This document shows positions 1 to 10,030 of a stretch of 64,000 bases of DNA, piece after piece. Every line of letters begins with the position of its first letter. Position 1 is the stretch's first letter. Where the stretch lies: the NCBI GenBank assembly GCA_016389475.1, contig GCA_016389475.1_3042.1; one strand, 5' to 3'. The translations under genes and the position numbers were made by a program. Below the pieces are notes generated by a model. It did no database searches. It was not told the origin of the DNA and saw nothing but the letters and a program-made list of their open reading frames with translations. The stretch comes from a phage.

Positions 1-1306
1 GATGAATATTCAAAGTGTTATTAAATTCACTATCATCTAACGCGTGTGCTAATCCACGGACAATATTAACACGATTTTTAATATTATCAATAACGATATT
101 AATTTTTGTTGTATTAATACCAAACAGACGATAACTTGATGCAACGGCTGAAGTTTCATGACTTTGCTTAATGCGTTTCAGTCGAGGGTCAAGATTTACT
201 TCATACACCACGCCTGCATTACATAACTTACTGTCAGGTTCAAACATGCTCTGCATCTTTTTATATGACAGATTTTTAGTCGTGAATTTGACTGAATTAC
301 TAATCATATAATCTCGAGCAGAATACCCCATCTTCATCAATTCACGATATGTGTGACGAGGAGATGTAGATTCTTTAAATCGTTTTACATCTTCATTAAA
401 TGCTTTCTCACTGAGTTCTTTAACTCGTTCAATAATATTTTTACGAGTACGATCATCCAGTGAAAGAGCCTCACGAGATGGAGCAATATCAAGTGAACCC
501 ATTGGAAATTTAATGTAATTCACTTCATTACGAATGCTTAGCCAGTTACGGTCTCTAATAACACCATCGATAGGATAAACGATACCGCCGTAGATAGCAT
601 ATAATCCACCACGATCAGGCCAGTATCTTTCTGGATTTACACCGTAATAATCATCAAAATCCGGAAAATAATCAATTTCACGGTCAAGACCATTAATAAT
701 AGCTAAATCTTTGAACGGTCGCATGATATAAGAAACTTCATAAGCAAAGTTTCTAAAGTCTTTTTCTTCAACTGGAACTACGATTTCAATACCGGTTTTA
801 TCATCTGGACCCATTTCTTTTACGAATGTAGGTTTAATCTGTGGGCCATCACCATCCATGTAAGCTACATAACCACGAATTTCACCTTTATGATACGAAG
901 TAATACTAAATGTATCAGTATAACTAAACGGAGATTTAGAACCTAAACCAAATCCGCCAATGAAATCGTTAGATTCAGCCTTAGATGAACTGAAGTATGA
1001 ATTATACAGCCCAGGAGAATTATCATCACCCTGAATATCAAAATCACTCATACCCGGACCAAAATCTCGGCAAACAAATCGTGGATCTAATCGTCCTGGA
1101 ACTTGAATGATAAATTTTTCAGGATTTCCATTGAGTGCATGGGCATCAATCATGTTAGTAATCAATTCACGGACTACTGCGCGAATTTTGTTTGTATACA
1201 AATCAGATGACAGAATTTTAAATACTTTAGGAGATGCTGTGATGCTAAATGCTTTTGATTTAGAACCATTACCAAGAATTGTTTCTTTTTCAGTGGTGAT
1301 AATCAT
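1..1306 (-). CDS. rIIA: rIIA protein, N-terminal ~435 codons (gene continues past window start)
   Basis: Minus-strand translation from ATG at 1306 reads [60 protein letters not shown], recognised as T4 rIIA; GAGGA RBS upstream; no stop before coordinate 1. Confidence 0.9.
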   Translation of the reverse strand, partial: MIITTEKETILGNGSKSKAFSITASPKVFKILSSDLYTNKIRAVVRELITNMIDAHALNGNPEKFIIQVPGRLDPRFVCRDFGPGMSDFDIQGDDNSPGLYNSYFSSSKAESNDFIGGFGLGSKSPFSYTDTFSITSYHKGEIRGYVAYMDGDGPQIKPTFVKEMGPDDKTGIEIVVPVEEKDFRNFAYEVSYIMRPFKDLAIINGLDREIDYFPDFDDYYGVNPERYWPDRGGLYAIYGGIVYPIDGVIRDRNWLSIRNEVNYIKFPMGSLDIAPSREALSLDDRTRKNIIERVKELSEKAFNEDVKRFKESTSPRHTYRELMKMGYSARDYMISNSVKFTTKNLSYKKMQSMFEPDSKLCNAGVVYEVNLDPRLKRIKQSHETSAVASSYRLFGINTTKINIVIDNIKNRVNIVRGLAHALDDSEFNNTLNIH

Positions 1307-1316
1307 AATTTCCTCA

Positions 1317-1520
1317 TTAATTCATATTACGCTTAATAACTTCAGCAACTTCTAGTAGTTCATCTTTAGTTGCGGTGTCGGATTGAATTTTATCTCTAAT
1401 ATCTTTAAAGCGGTTTTTAAATTCTTCGGCTTCTCCCATATCGAAAAAGCGTTGAATGATTCTATATTCTCGATGAACTGCTTTATCAAAAAGTTCTAAA
1501 TTTACTTTATATGATTTCAT
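1317..1520 (-). CDS. rIIA.1-position small protein (67 aa)
   Basis: ORF track; ATG at 1520 with GAGGA RBS; lies between rIIA and gene 39 just downstream of an early promoter. Confidence 0.6.
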   Translation of the reverse strand: MKSYKVNLELFDKAVHREYRIIQRFFDMGEAEEFKNRFKDIRDKIQSDTATKDELLEVAEVIKRNMN

Positions 1521-1545
1521 TCCAATATCCTCATTTGCCCAATTA

Positions 1546-1575
1546 ATTATACCACATCCTTGTGGTAAAGTAAAC
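1546..1575 (-). promoter_or_regulatory. T4-type early promoter (GTTTAC-N18-TATAAT on minus strand)
   Basis: plus-strand attata at 1546-1551 and gtaaac at 1570-1575; drives rIIA.1/rIIA. Confidence 0.6.
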
Positions 1576-3395
1576 TACTGGCTCATCCATTCTTTACGAA
1601 GGTCAGCATTATCTCCCATGAGCATTTCAAAAAGCTCTTTCCAGTTCTCAGGAAGTTTAACAACATCATATACTGGGTTTTGAATCATCTCACGATATTC
1701 AGATTTTTCCAAAGAGCCAAGTCCCTTAATATAACGGATGCTATGTTTAGGTAGAGCATCTTTGGCACTCTCATATTCAGCGACTGTATAAAACCATTCT
1801 TGTTTTTTACCGACCTGAGCGATGATTACAGGAGTTTTGACAAAGCGAATTCTTCCTTGTTCAAACAGTTCTGGCCAATTACTAAAAAATCCGAGCAGAG
1901 AAGGATAAATGCTTCCTAAACCATCATGGTCAGCATCGGTCATAATAGCAATATTATGATAATTCAAGTTTTCAGCTTTTTCACCAAGAACTAATCCAGT
2001 GATTGCGCAAATATCAAATAGTTCTTTGTTTTTAAGCATATCAGCATATGACATACCCCAACTGTTGAGAACTTTACCACGCAATGGATAACCACCATGA
2101 AGTTCTTTATCACGAACATCAATAAGATATCCGATAGCAGAATCACCCTCAGTCAAGAAAAGAGTAGTGTCAGCATCTTTACCGCAAAGATTCGCTTTGA
2201 TATGTTTATGAACCTTAGCTTTAGAAGCCTTTTTAGCTGCTTTAGTTTCTGCTGCTTTTTCTGCTGCTAATTTACGTGCTAAAGCAGCTTCAATAATCGG
2301 CATTAAAATTGCTTCATTATTTAGAATAGCGCGTGAAATCTTTTTAGCATCAAGTTGAATATGACTACGAATTTCACCAAAAGGAGAAGTAAGTCGTTCT
2401 TTAGTTTGAGAATCAAATCGCATGTTTTTCATATCACGAACAAACATAACGATAGTCAAACATTCTTTGACACGTGCTTTAGTTACATCAATTTTGAACT
2501 TACGTTTGATTTGTGGAATAAGGTCTTCACAAATATCATCCATAACACAGTCAATGTGATGGCCACCATTCTTAGTGTGAATGTTATTCACATAAGTTAA
2601 TTGACGAAAACCATCAGGTGAACGACCAACCGCAATAGAACAATTTTCTTGTTCTTGAACAATAGCATGTTCATCATACTGCCGTGCATATTTCTTAAAA
2701 TTGCCCTGAACCTTTTTACCATTAAAAGTAAATTGAATATCAGGATAAACAACAGCAAGTGTCTGAAGACGATCTAGTGTAATGTCAAGATAAACTTGGG
2801 ACAGCTCATTAGTTTCAAATGACATAAAATCAGGAATGAAAGTAACACGAGTTCCTTTCCATTTTCCTGGAATAGTTTCCCATGATTTATTTTCCATGCC
2901 ATTTGAACAACGAACTACAATATTATTTTGACCATCGCCAGTTTCACCGACAAACATCACAGAAAAAATGTTAGTTAAACTAGAACCAACACCATTCATA
3001 CCACCGGTGACACGTTCTTTATCATCACCAAAGTTACCACCTGCTTTTGGAATAGTCCACGCAGCAACAGGACCAGGAATTTCTTCACCAGTAGGTGTTT
3101 TAACCATCGCTTGTGGAATACCGCGACCGTTATCTTCAACTGTCACCTGATTATTTTTAATGGTAACATTAATTTTATTTGCGAACTTAAATTTAGTACG
3201 AATACCTTCATCGACTGAGTTATCGATAATTTCATCAATAAGCTTAACAAGACCAGGTACATACTGAACACTTTCCCATTTACCAAACAGAAAGCGCTCA
3301 TGCATTTCATTAGCAGAAGAGCCAATGTACATGCCACTACGCTTTTTGATATGTTCAATATCGCTCAGAATTTTAATTTCATTCTTAATCATCAC
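1575..3395 (-). CDS. 39: DNA topoisomerase II large subunit, single uninterrupted ORF (606 aa)
   Basis: ORF track; MIKNEIKILSDIEHIKKRSGMYIGS N-terminus and GHKL ATPase motifs match T4 gp39; the C-terminal part that T4 encodes separately as gene 60 is fused in-frame. Confidence 0.95.
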   Translation of the reverse strand: MMIKNEIKILSDIEHIKKRSGMYIGSSANEMHERFLFGKWESVQYVPGLVKLIDEIIDNSVDEGIRTKFKFANKINVTIKNNQVTVEDNGRGIPQAMVKTPTGEEIPGPVAAWTIPKAGGNFGDDKERVTGGMNGVGSSLTNIFSVMFVGETGDGQNNIVVRCSNGMENKSWETIPGKWKGTRVTFIPDFMSFETNELSQVYLDITLDRLQTLAVVYPDIQFTFNGKKVQGNFKKYARQYDEHAIVQEQENCSIAVGRSPDGFRQLTYVNNIHTKNGGHHIDCVMDDICEDLIPQIKRKFKIDVTKARVKECLTIVMFVRDMKNMRFDSQTKERLTSPFGEIRSHIQLDAKKISRAILNNEAILMPIIEAALARKLAAEKAAETKAAKKASKAKVHKHIKANLCGKDADTTLFLTEGDSAIGYLIDVRDKELHGGYPLRGKVLNSWGMSYADMLKNKELFDICAITGLVLGEKAENLNYHNIAIMTDADHDGLGSIYPSLLGFFSNWPELFEQGRIRFVKTPVIIAQVGKKQEWFYTVAEYESAKDALPKHSIRYIKGLGSLEKSEYREMIQNPVYDVVKLPENWKELFEMLMGDNADLRKEWMSQ

Positions 3396-3445
3396 TTATC
3401 CTCGTTTGGTTTCGGGAATATTATACTCCGGCAATCATAAAGCTA

Positions 3446-3461
3446 AAGGCCCGAAGGCCTT
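3446..3461 (-). terminator. C(UUCG)G tetraloop hairpin after 39.1-position gene
   Basis: aaggcc-cgaa-ggcctt inverted repeat; on minus RNA it is GGCC-UUCG-GGCC followed by U-rich tract. Confidence 0.45.
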
Positions 3462-3731
3462 TTATTTAAAACGAATAGTTGAATCCTTAAAGAACAGCCC
3501 AGAACATACTGTTCCTTCTACTTTCTGCCCGGTAGGTCCAATAGCACGAAATCCAGTATGCTGGAAATCATTTTCAGAGCAACCGAACCAGTTATATCCA
3601 GTGATTTCAATATTCGTAAAACCACTTGATGATAAAATTTTAGTTGCATTATCAGCATCAGTACATCCTACTAAAGATACTGCTAATACTAATGCTGCGA
3701 TAGAACGATTAACATATTTCATAATTTTCAC
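3462..3731 (-). CDS. small lipoprotein (89 aa), 39.1 position
   Basis: ORF track; signal peptide with LVGC lipobox (MKIMKYVNRSIAALVLAVSLVGC). Confidence 0.6.
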   Translation of the reverse strand: MKIMKYVNRSIAALVLAVSLVGCTDADNATKILSSSGFTNIEITGYNWFGCSENDFQHTGFRAIGPTGQKVEGTVCSGLFFKDSTIRFK

Positions 3732-4102
3732 TTAAATTTAATGGCTTGAAGGAGACTAATAATTCTCAAACGGCTTCTTTCATCTTTAACTGTAAAAGAA
3801 AGAGGGTCGCCAGATTTCATGGTAATAGTGCATTCAAAATCAAAATCTTCAGTGACTTCTTCGAAGAAGTCAAATTCTTCATCATAAATTAGAACACTAC
3901 TTTGCAGACTGTGAAGAGTTTTTCCAGCATTTCTGCTAACTGCTGTACTAATCATTGTAACATTATGACCTTTCATATCTTCAACGATAAATTCACTAGT
4001 CAATATTACAGCATTAATAGAACTATTCCTATTACTAGCAGAAAGTAGAAATTTCTGCTCTTCACCTTCACGAATACGATATTTCTTACCAATTTTAAAC
4101 AT
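3728..4102 (-). CDS. hypothetical protein (124 aa), 39.2 position
   Basis: ORF track; ATGA start/stop overlap with neighbour. Confidence 0.55.
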   Translation of the reverse strand: MFKIGKKYRIREGEEQKFLLSASNRNSSINAVILTSEFIVEDMKGHNVTMISTAVSRNAGKTLHSLQSSVLIYDEEFDFFEEVTEDFDFECTITMKSGDPLSFTVKDERSRLRIISLLQAIKFK

Positions 4103-4104
4103 AA

Positions 4105-4281
4105 TTACCCTTTAAGTAAATCGTAAAATCCACCATTCACATGCTTAGGAGCAGAAGGCCGACGAGTAGACAAACGATGACATTTAGGACAAACATCATT
4201 TTCTCGTTCAGAAATCTTTTTAATTTTTTCATATTCATGCCCGCAATCTTCGGATTGGCATTTATAATCATACATTGGCAT
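4105..4281 (-). CDS. zinc-ribbon micro-protein (58 aa), absent from ORF track
   Basis: Hand translation MPMYDYKCQSEDCGHEYEKIKKISERENDVCPKCHRLSTRRPSAPKHVNGGFYDLLKG; C-x4-C...C-x2-C; AAGGA RBS; exactly fills gap between flanking genes. Confidence 0.5.
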   Translation of the reverse strand: MPMYDYKCQSEDCGHEYEKIKKISERENDVCPKCHRLSTRRPSAPKHVNGGFYDLLKG

Positions 4282-4283
4282 AA

Positions 4284-4709
4284 TTATTCCTTAAAGTGTG
4301 CTTTCAACATCTGATACAAAGACCATGCCTGTTCATTATTTTCAATAGTAACTTTCATGACCGGGAATTCTGTGAAATCTTCTATTTGTTCTTGCTCTTT
4401 CTCTTCCTGCTCTTGCTCTTCAGCTGCCTGGTATGGATTTTCCACTTCATCAAAGAACACAGCTTCACTCGTTGAAAGCCAGATAAAATCTTCATCCAAA
4501 ATATCTTTACCAGAAGATAACGCCAATTTTCCACTAGATGTCACAAGTTTAGTAGGACGACCAAGATAGTCAATATCTGTAACTCTAAAAGGTTCCATAC
4601 CAAGACGTCGTGCATAAATTCCGTTTTCAGTATGGTCCTTGATAAAATCTTCTTGAGCTTGTTTATTTTTAAATTGATACCATTTATTAACTTCAAATTT
4701 AATAGCCAT
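4284..4709 (-). CDS. goF: GoF (comC-alpha)-position protein, 141 aa from the ATG
   Basis: ORF track ORF begins at an upstream TTG; ATG at 4709 shares one base with upstream stop (TAATG); acidic [12 protein letters not shown] stretch; assignment by position and length. Confidence 0.5.
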   Translation of the reverse strand: MAIKFEVNKWYQFKNKQAQEDFIKDHTENGIYARRLGMEPFRVTDIDYLGRPTKLVTSSGKLALSSGKDILDEDFIWLSTSEAVFFDEVENPYQAAEEQEQEEKEQEQIEDFTEFPVMKVTIENNEQAWSLYQMLKAHFKE

Positions 4710-4924
4710 TAATAAGTTTCCTTCCAATAAGTTGTACCATCTTCAGTAATTTCGCGAAACACACCATAAATTGGTTGTTTATCACCAACTTTTTCGTACA
4801 CATAAACCGAAGTCAAGTGAGTAAACTTGATGGTGTGTTCCTTTTGAACTACTACAAGATTTGGATCAAATAATACATCTTCAAATTCGTCATTAGTGCA
4901 ATTCTGAACAATTTTACGTTTCAT
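4709..4924 (-). CDS. hypothetical protein (71 aa), cef position
   Basis: ORF track; positional only. Confidence 0.45.
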   Translation of the reverse strand: MKRKIVQNCTNDEFEDVLFDPNLVVVQKEHTIKFTHLTSVYVYEKVGDKQPIYGVFREITEDGTTYWKETY

Positions 4925-4937
4925 TACAATTTCCTCA

Positions 4938-5207
4938 TTAATTGAACAGTGGAGCGATGCGTTTCAGAAGAGTAGCAGCACCTTTAGCGAATTTTACATC
5001 ATGAAAAACAGTTTCTTCTTCCGTTACAACACGAGCTTTAATGTTTTCACAATCCCAATTTTTGCGAACAATCTTCAAAAGCTGCAGTAAATCTTTACAT
5101 TCAGCAATATCGATAACACATCCACGAGAATTTTCCATTATCGCACGATAACCGTAAGCCATACCATAATCGTTGAAAGATTGCTCGATGATAATTAAGT
5201 TTTCCAT
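4938..5207 (-). CDS. hypothetical protein (89 aa from ATG)
   Basis: ORF track (start given as TTG at 5219); ATG at 5207 preceded by GGAG RBS; first gene behind a promoter-like leader. Confidence 0.5.
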   Translation of the reverse strand: MENLIIIEQSFNDYGMAYGYRAIMENSRGCVIDIAECKDLLQLLKIVRKNWDCENIKARVVTEEETVFHDVKFAKGAATLLKRIAPLFN

Positions 5208-5304
5208 TTTATTCTCCAAGTTATTTTCTGTATCAGTAGTTGATATTGATATAGTACCATAATCAACTACTGATGTATATAGTTTTATGAAAAAATTTTA
5301 AACT

Positions 5305-5802
5305 TTATGCATAGCGAGCTTTGCTATAGTGTTTAATCCAACTTTCAGGAATGACTTTGTATGTTCCTAAAAATACCGCGTTGTACAGCTTAACACCGTC
5401 TTCTACCCACTGATCGGTAATGTATGCGCACATAGCACGAGTACGGTGTTTTTGAACAACCCCTTCCTCATCTTCAGTAAATTCGAATTCATAAGGAGCA
5501 ACGAACTTAATAGCCTGACCGAGTTTCCACTTAAAGTCTACACCTACATGCGAAGTATCAATCGTTTCAATTCCTTTAGCAGGAACAGCTTTCAAAAACG
5601 CAGATTCAAGAAATTTCGCACGAACATAGCCAAACTGAGGTTTAGACTTTCCATCTTTAGGAATGATACGCACTTTTACTTCAGAATCTTCATCTTTAAC
5701 GCCGTGTTTAAGCTGAATGCTTACAATTTCGACCAATTTTCCCGCTGCTTTAGAACGGGATTTATCAGATACACGAGCAATTTCACCAATATTAATAATC
5801 AT
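5305..5802 (-). CDS. MotB-position protein (165 aa), paralog of next gene
   Basis: ORF track; C-terminal ITDQWVEDGVKLYNAV motif shared with 5879-6418 product. Confidence 0.55.
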   Translation of the reverse strand: MIINIGEIARVSDKSRSKAAGKLVEIVSIQLKHGVKDEDSEVKVRIIPKDGKSKPQFGYVRAKFLESAFLKAVPAKGIETIDTSHVGVDFKWKLGQAIKFVAPYEFEFTEDEEGVVQKHRTRAMCAYITDQWVEDGVKLYNAVFLGTYKVIPESWIKHYSKARYA

Positions 5803-5878
5803 AGTTATCTCTCACTTGTTAAAAAGATTTTATACTCCACAGGACCATTATACTCTGGTCCCAAGAGTTTGTAAACTA

Positions 5879-6418
5879 TTAATTCAAAATAGCTACCACT
5901 GCACTACGAGGTACTACGCTAAAATCACCTGCATGAACAACGTTCAGAAGTTCAACACCATCTTCAATCCATTGGTCTGTTACCCAACCACAGACCGAAA
6001 TAAATGGAGTCTTGATAGCTACCGCATGAGTTAGAAGGTCAGTAGGATCGCATTCTTGAAAGAGGATGAACTCTGCTTCAAAAACTATAGTTTTAATTAC
6101 TTCATCATTATCTAAACGGCGTACTCGAATCACGTAAGCTTTATTCTTATCATACCAGTTACTTTTTGAAAAGCTTTTAACCACAAACTCGCCTTCACCA
6201 AAAGCATTAGTCAATGCTTTATAACCCAAATTTAGTTCAGTAGTTTTAATTTCAGTTTCAACCAGTTTGTAGGTTTTGCCGATTTCAATAGCGGTAGTCA
6301 TAGTAGGTTCCTTAATTTCCAGTGGTTTAACAGGGCATACATAAGTGCTTACAACATCAAAATCAATCAGTTTAGCTACCGGATTTGGTATGTATTCAGG
6401 ATTATAATTAAATTTCAT
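5879..6418 (-). CDS. hypothetical protein (179 aa), paralog of 5305-5802
   Basis: ORF track; C-terminal VTDQWIEDGVELLNVV motif. Confidence 0.55.
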   Translation of the reverse strand: MKFNYNPEYIPNPVAKLIDFDVVSTYVCPVKPLEIKEPTMTTAIEIGKTYKLVETEIKTTELNLGYKALTNAFGEGEFVVKSFSKSNWYDKNKAYVIRVRRLDNDEVIKTIVFEAEFILFQECDPTDLLTHAVAIKTPFISVCGWVTDQWIEDGVELLNVVHAGDFSVVPRSAVVAILN

Positions 6419-6420
6419 AA

Positions 6421-6921
6421 TTATCTCATTTCAATAAAATCTACAAGTTCAGCATGGGATTTACGGAACATTACTTGATGCCCACCAATGATAACTTGGT
6501 CATCTGGTACTTCGTATACAGCGAGATAAAATCCTTTAGAAGATAATTCTTCCCGCTCTTCTCGTGTGAACCATCTCATCATATCATATTCGCTAGCGAA
6601 AGCAAAATGATAAAGAGCTATAAACCATCCTGGAATATGATATTCTACTCCAACATAATCTTTCTTGAACTTAGTATTAATTACTATATTAGCGTTTTTA
6701 ACTAATAGTTTATCTTCGTGTGGTAAAGGAATTCTTTTATTATTATCGCTATGATGCATAAAATTAGGTCTGTCATAACCTACGTGTAATAGCCACTCTT
6801 CGCTCCATGAATCTATTATACTCCTGTACGGCGTTATTTGAACACAAAGATTTCGACGTATTGTTATAGCATCTTCATAATCAAGAATACTAAACGATGA
6901 TTCAACACGATAAATTTTCAT
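6421..6921 (-). CDS. hypothetical protein (166 aa from ATG)
   Basis: ORF track start is a TTG upstream of the promoter -10; ATG at 6921 with GAGGA RBS lies downstream of promoter. Confidence 0.55.
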   Translation of the reverse strand: MKIYRVESSFSILDYEDAITIRRNLCVQITPYRSIIDSWSEEWLLHVGYDRPNFMHHSDNNKRIPLPHEDKLLVKNANIVINTKFKKDYVGVEYHIPGWFIALYHFAFASEYDMMRWFTREEREELSSKGFYLAVYEVPDDQVIIGGHQVMFRKSHAELVDFIEMR

Positions 6922-6948
6922 TTTATTATCCTCAGTAGCTATGGTGTT

Positions 6949-6978
6949 ATAATACCACAACTAACCGAGGAAGTAAAC
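6949..6978 (-). promoter_or_regulatory. T4-type early promoter
   Basis: gtaaac at 6973-6978, ataata (TATTAT) at 6949-6954, 18-nt spacer. Confidence 0.55.
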
Positions 6979-6984
6979 AACTTT

Positions 6985-7668
6985 TTATCGTTTTGTTGGA
7001 AGAGATAGAGGATCGCACTCTTCCTCTGACGGAGCATCTTCAAGACCCATAGCGTATCGCAAAGCATACTTCATCATCAGGATGTCTTTCGCACAGTCAT
7101 GAATAGAATCATGTGCAACGAATCCATCTAAAGTTCCCTTTGGAAGAGGGCAAGTGGTCATATCACGAACAAGGAGAAGTGCTTCAATTCTAGTACGAAT
7201 GTCGCGTTGATTCCAGAATTTACACGGTTCTAACTTAAATGTATCAAGCTCATTCTCGGAAACGCCGTTAAGACGTTGAATATCGCGAATGAGATCGACT
7301 AAAATTGGAAAATCAAACGACATTCCACGGCACCAACCTTGAGATTTCCAAGGATCGATGTTATGTGCATTGATGTAATCATTGAATTTTGCAATACCAT
7401 CGATAGTGCTTACATCTTCATCTGATGGTGCAATATTTTTTCTAGCTTCAGGAGATTGATTCTTCCACCATTCGATAGTGCTTTTAGTAAAAAGACGATG
7501 TCCTTTTTGACTTTTTAAGTCAAATTTAATTTTAATGCCACGTGAAACTAGTTCATCGAATGTTTCAACAACTTCCGGGTTAGGGTCAAAAGCAATTACA
7601 GCCAAATCAATAACAGCTGCTTTTTCACCGCTTCCCATCGTTTCAAAATCTATAATAAAATCAAACAT
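6985..7668 (-). CDS. dexA: exonuclease A (3'-5' DEDD exonuclease)
   Basis: ORF track 227 aa; MFDFIIDFETMGSGEKAAVIDLAV Exo I motif; size and position match T4 DexA. Confidence 0.85.
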   Translation of the reverse strand: MFDFIIDFETMGSGEKAAVIDLAVIAFDPNPEVVETFDELVSRGIKIKFDLKSQKGHRLFTKSTIEWWKNQSPEARKNIAPSDEDVSTIDGIAKFNDYINAHNIDPWKSQGWCRGMSFDFPILVDLIRDIQRLNGVSENELDTFKLEPCKFWNQRDIRTRIEALLLVRDMTTCPLPKGTLDGFVAHDSIHDCAKDILMMKYALRYAMGLEDAPSEEECDPLSLPTKR

Positions 7669-7910
7669 TAAACTCTCCTCGCTAAATCGCGAATTTGACC
7701 TACAGTATAATCTTGGATATAAACTTTATTAATGGGCTCATCAATAAATTTTGCCATAGATTCAATATCTTTTTGCATCTCTTCAAGACTGTATACTATC
7801 TTTGAAGCTTTTTCACGAATAGTTACATTTTCAGGTCCTGGATTTTCTTCAATGACAGCTTTAACATTTGCCATAAGAGATTTAAACTGATACCAACTTA
7901 ATTCAATCAT
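7668..7910 (-). CDS. hypothetical protein (80 aa)
   Basis: ORF track; ATG start. Confidence 0.5.
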   Translation of the reverse strand: MIELSWYQFKSLMANVKAVIEENPGPENVTIREKASKIVYSLEEMQKDIESMAKFIDEPINKVYIQDYTVGQIRDLARRV

Positions 7911-8163
7911 TAATAATCGCCTTATAAAGATGGCTAATTTCGCCTAAAACATAATCACTGATTGTAACAGTTTTCACTTCACCACAAAAGAATTCTAACG
8001 CAATTAAATCTCGTTCAATTTCTTCTAATTGAAGCATTAACTTGCCAGATTCAATTTTTACATTTCTACGATTTTTACTATAAGCTATTTCATAAATTTC
8101 GCTCACTTTATCTTGAAGCAGATAAAACTGGTCTTTAGTTATTTCCACGAATAGCTTCCTCAA
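7903..8163 (-). CDS. hypothetical protein (86 aa; likely GTG start at 8148 giving 81 aa)
   Basis: ORF track start is TTG; GTG at 8148 has GAGGAAG RBS 8 nt upstream. Confidence 0.45.
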   Translation of the reverse strand: MRKLFVEITKDQFYLLQDKVSEIYEIAYSKNRRNVKIESGKLMLQLEEIERDLIALEFFCGEVKTVTISDYVLGEISHLYKAIIND

Positions 8164-8395
8164 ATTTAATTAGTAATTTACAGACACTTTCATCTAATGT
8201 AATTACTGTATCTGTATTACTATGATATGATTGTTTTTCAATTCGTTTAATTGCTAATATAGTATCACTTATAAGATAAAGCTTATGAAGGAGCTCAGCT
8301 CCTGTTACCATAACATCGAGATTATCTTGCTTATTAGTATGCTTCCTTATACCATCTATTAGACGATTTAAATATTTTGAATTGATGTTAATCAT
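8135..8395 (-). CDS. hypothetical protein (86 aa)
   Basis: ORF track; ATG start. Confidence 0.5.
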   Translation of the reverse strand: MININSKYLNRLIDGIRKHTNKQDNLDVMVTGAELLHKLYLISDTILAIKRIEKQSYHSNTDTVITLDESVCKLLIKFEEAIRGNN

Positions 8396-8401
8396 ATAGC
8401 C

Positions 8402-9721
8402 TCACACATAAAATACGTCATAACGACCACGGGTAACACCAACATAAAGAAGTTGTTGAGCTAGTTCAGCATCTGCATAATGAATACAAGGCGTATAAAT
8501 GAAAGCACGGTCTACAGACATACCCTGAGCTTTATGGAATGTTGATGCAGGAAGTGCTTTCACTTTACTGAACTGTGATTTAGCATCCCAAAAATCACTC
8601 CACGGAGCTTTTCCGCCTTTGTTCCAATTTTTATAAGTTTCTGCCGTTTTACCTAAAAATAGGTTAAACTTATATAACTCTTCATCAGATGAAATTATTT
8701 TAATCTTTTCACGATAATATTCATCATCACCGTAAGTTTCTACTGTTAAATCCCAATGACGAATTAGATATTCTCCAGGAACACCACGAGCTTTAACAAA
8801 CGTCGATGTATACTCTGCTTCTATAATACGAACTAATTGTCCGTTATTAAAAATAATTTCTGACACAGGCTTTCCATCAATTTTATATGTTTTAATTAAT
8901 GGTTCCTGCATTACAATAATTTCACCGACAATAAAATCTTTATCAGTTTCAAAAATCTTTTTACGAATAATGCTATTTAACTTGTCAACAGATTTATTCG
9001 TAAATGCCATTACGCGATTTTCAAACAAATCATCTAGAGATTTGACGATTGAAAAATAATTTACCATAAAATCGCGTAAAGCGGTATCACCAGTAAATCC
9101 ACGTACTCCATGCCCGTCAACAATTTTATCATAAATCCACTTACCGTTACGAACGTCAGTAGCTACATCAATAATAGGAGCATTACTGCGTTTAACTTCA
9201 GTAAGTTCACACTGATAAAAATCTTTGTGTGTAAAGAATGGACTGATATAAGCAGTATTTTCTCCTGGATCAACAGGTCTAATTTGCTTATTATCACCTA
9301 TTCCAATTATAGTACACCAAGGTGGAATAGTTGAAAGCAGAATTTTAAATAGCTTTCTATCATACATTGACACTTCGTCGCAGATTAATACCCTGCATTT
9401 AGCTAAATCTGGTACTTCCTTCTGTTCAAAAAGAACATTTTCTTCATATGTTACCGGGTTAATTTTAAGAATACTGTGAATAGTACTCGCTTCTTTCCCC
9501 GACAGTTTTGAAAGAATCTTTTTAGCTGCATGTGTAGGAGCTGCCAAAATGATACCAGTTTCGCCCGTAGATATTAAAGCTTCAATGATGAACTTAGTAA
9601 GAGTAGTCTTACCAGTACCAGCAGGTCCATTAATAGTTACATGATGTTTCTTTTCTTTAATAGCCCTCATAACGATGTTAAAGGCATTTTTCTGACCTTC
9701 GGTCAAATCATCAAATGTCAT
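8402..9721 (-). CDS. dda: Dda DNA helicase (SF1B)
   Basis: ORF track 439 aa; GPAGTGKTT Walker A; length equals T4 Dda. Confidence 0.95.
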   Translation of the reverse strand: MTFDDLTEGQKNAFNIVMRAIKEKKHHVTINGPAGTGKTTLTKFIIEALISTGETGIILAAPTHAAKKILSKLSGKEASTIHSILKINPVTYEENVLFEQKEVPDLAKCRVLICDEVSMYDRKLFKILLSTIPPWCTIIGIGDNKQIRPVDPGENTAYISPFFTHKDFYQCELTEVKRSNAPIIDVATDVRNGKWIYDKIVDGHGVRGFTGDTALRDFMVNYFSIVKSLDDLFENRVMAFTNKSVDKLNSIIRKKIFETDKDFIVGEIIVMQEPLIKTYKIDGKPVSEIIFNNGQLVRIIEAEYTSTFVKARGVPGEYLIRHWDLTVETYGDDEYYREKIKIISSDEELYKFNLFLGKTAETYKNWNKGGKAPWSDFWDAKSQFSKVKALPASTFHKAQGMSVDRAFIYTPCIHYADAELAQQLLYVGVTRGRYDVFYV

Positions 9722-10029
9722 CGTAAATTCCCTGCAATTGGTATACTAACAATACGCCCAGTATCTAAAATTCGCCGATATAATCTTTGTGTGTCTACAT
9801 CAGGCTTAACGTGTTTAACTTCTATTTTATTAAACCAAAACTTGCGTGGAGTTTCAACTAATCTTGGAATTCCCATACCTAAAGCTAGTCGATACTGCTC
9901 TTTAAGAGTGGTAAATACTCTATCAGCAATCTCCCTTTCAAAAAATACAGCAGGACGATGTTCATCAAGAGGAACAGGCACCGCAAATCCATCTTTATCT
10001 CTATACACTATCGCATATACATAAACCAT
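9718..10029 (-). CDS. dda.1-position protein (103 aa)
   Basis: ORF track; ATGA overlap with dda. Confidence 0.55.
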   Translation of the reverse strand: MVYVYAIVYRDKDGFAVPVPLDEHRPAVFFEREIADRVFTTLKEQYRLALGMGIPRLVETPRKFWFNKIEVKHVKPDVDTQRLYRRILDTGRIVSIPIAGNLR

Positions 10030-10030
10030 A

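Noticed and set aside
1107-1355. Plus-strand 82-aa ORF
   Set aside because: Lies antisense inside the well-supported rIIA coding sequence; no RBS; low-complexity translation.
2355-3150. Plus-strand ORFs 2355-2600 and 2968-3150
   Set aside because: Antisense within gene 39, which is conserved along its whole length.
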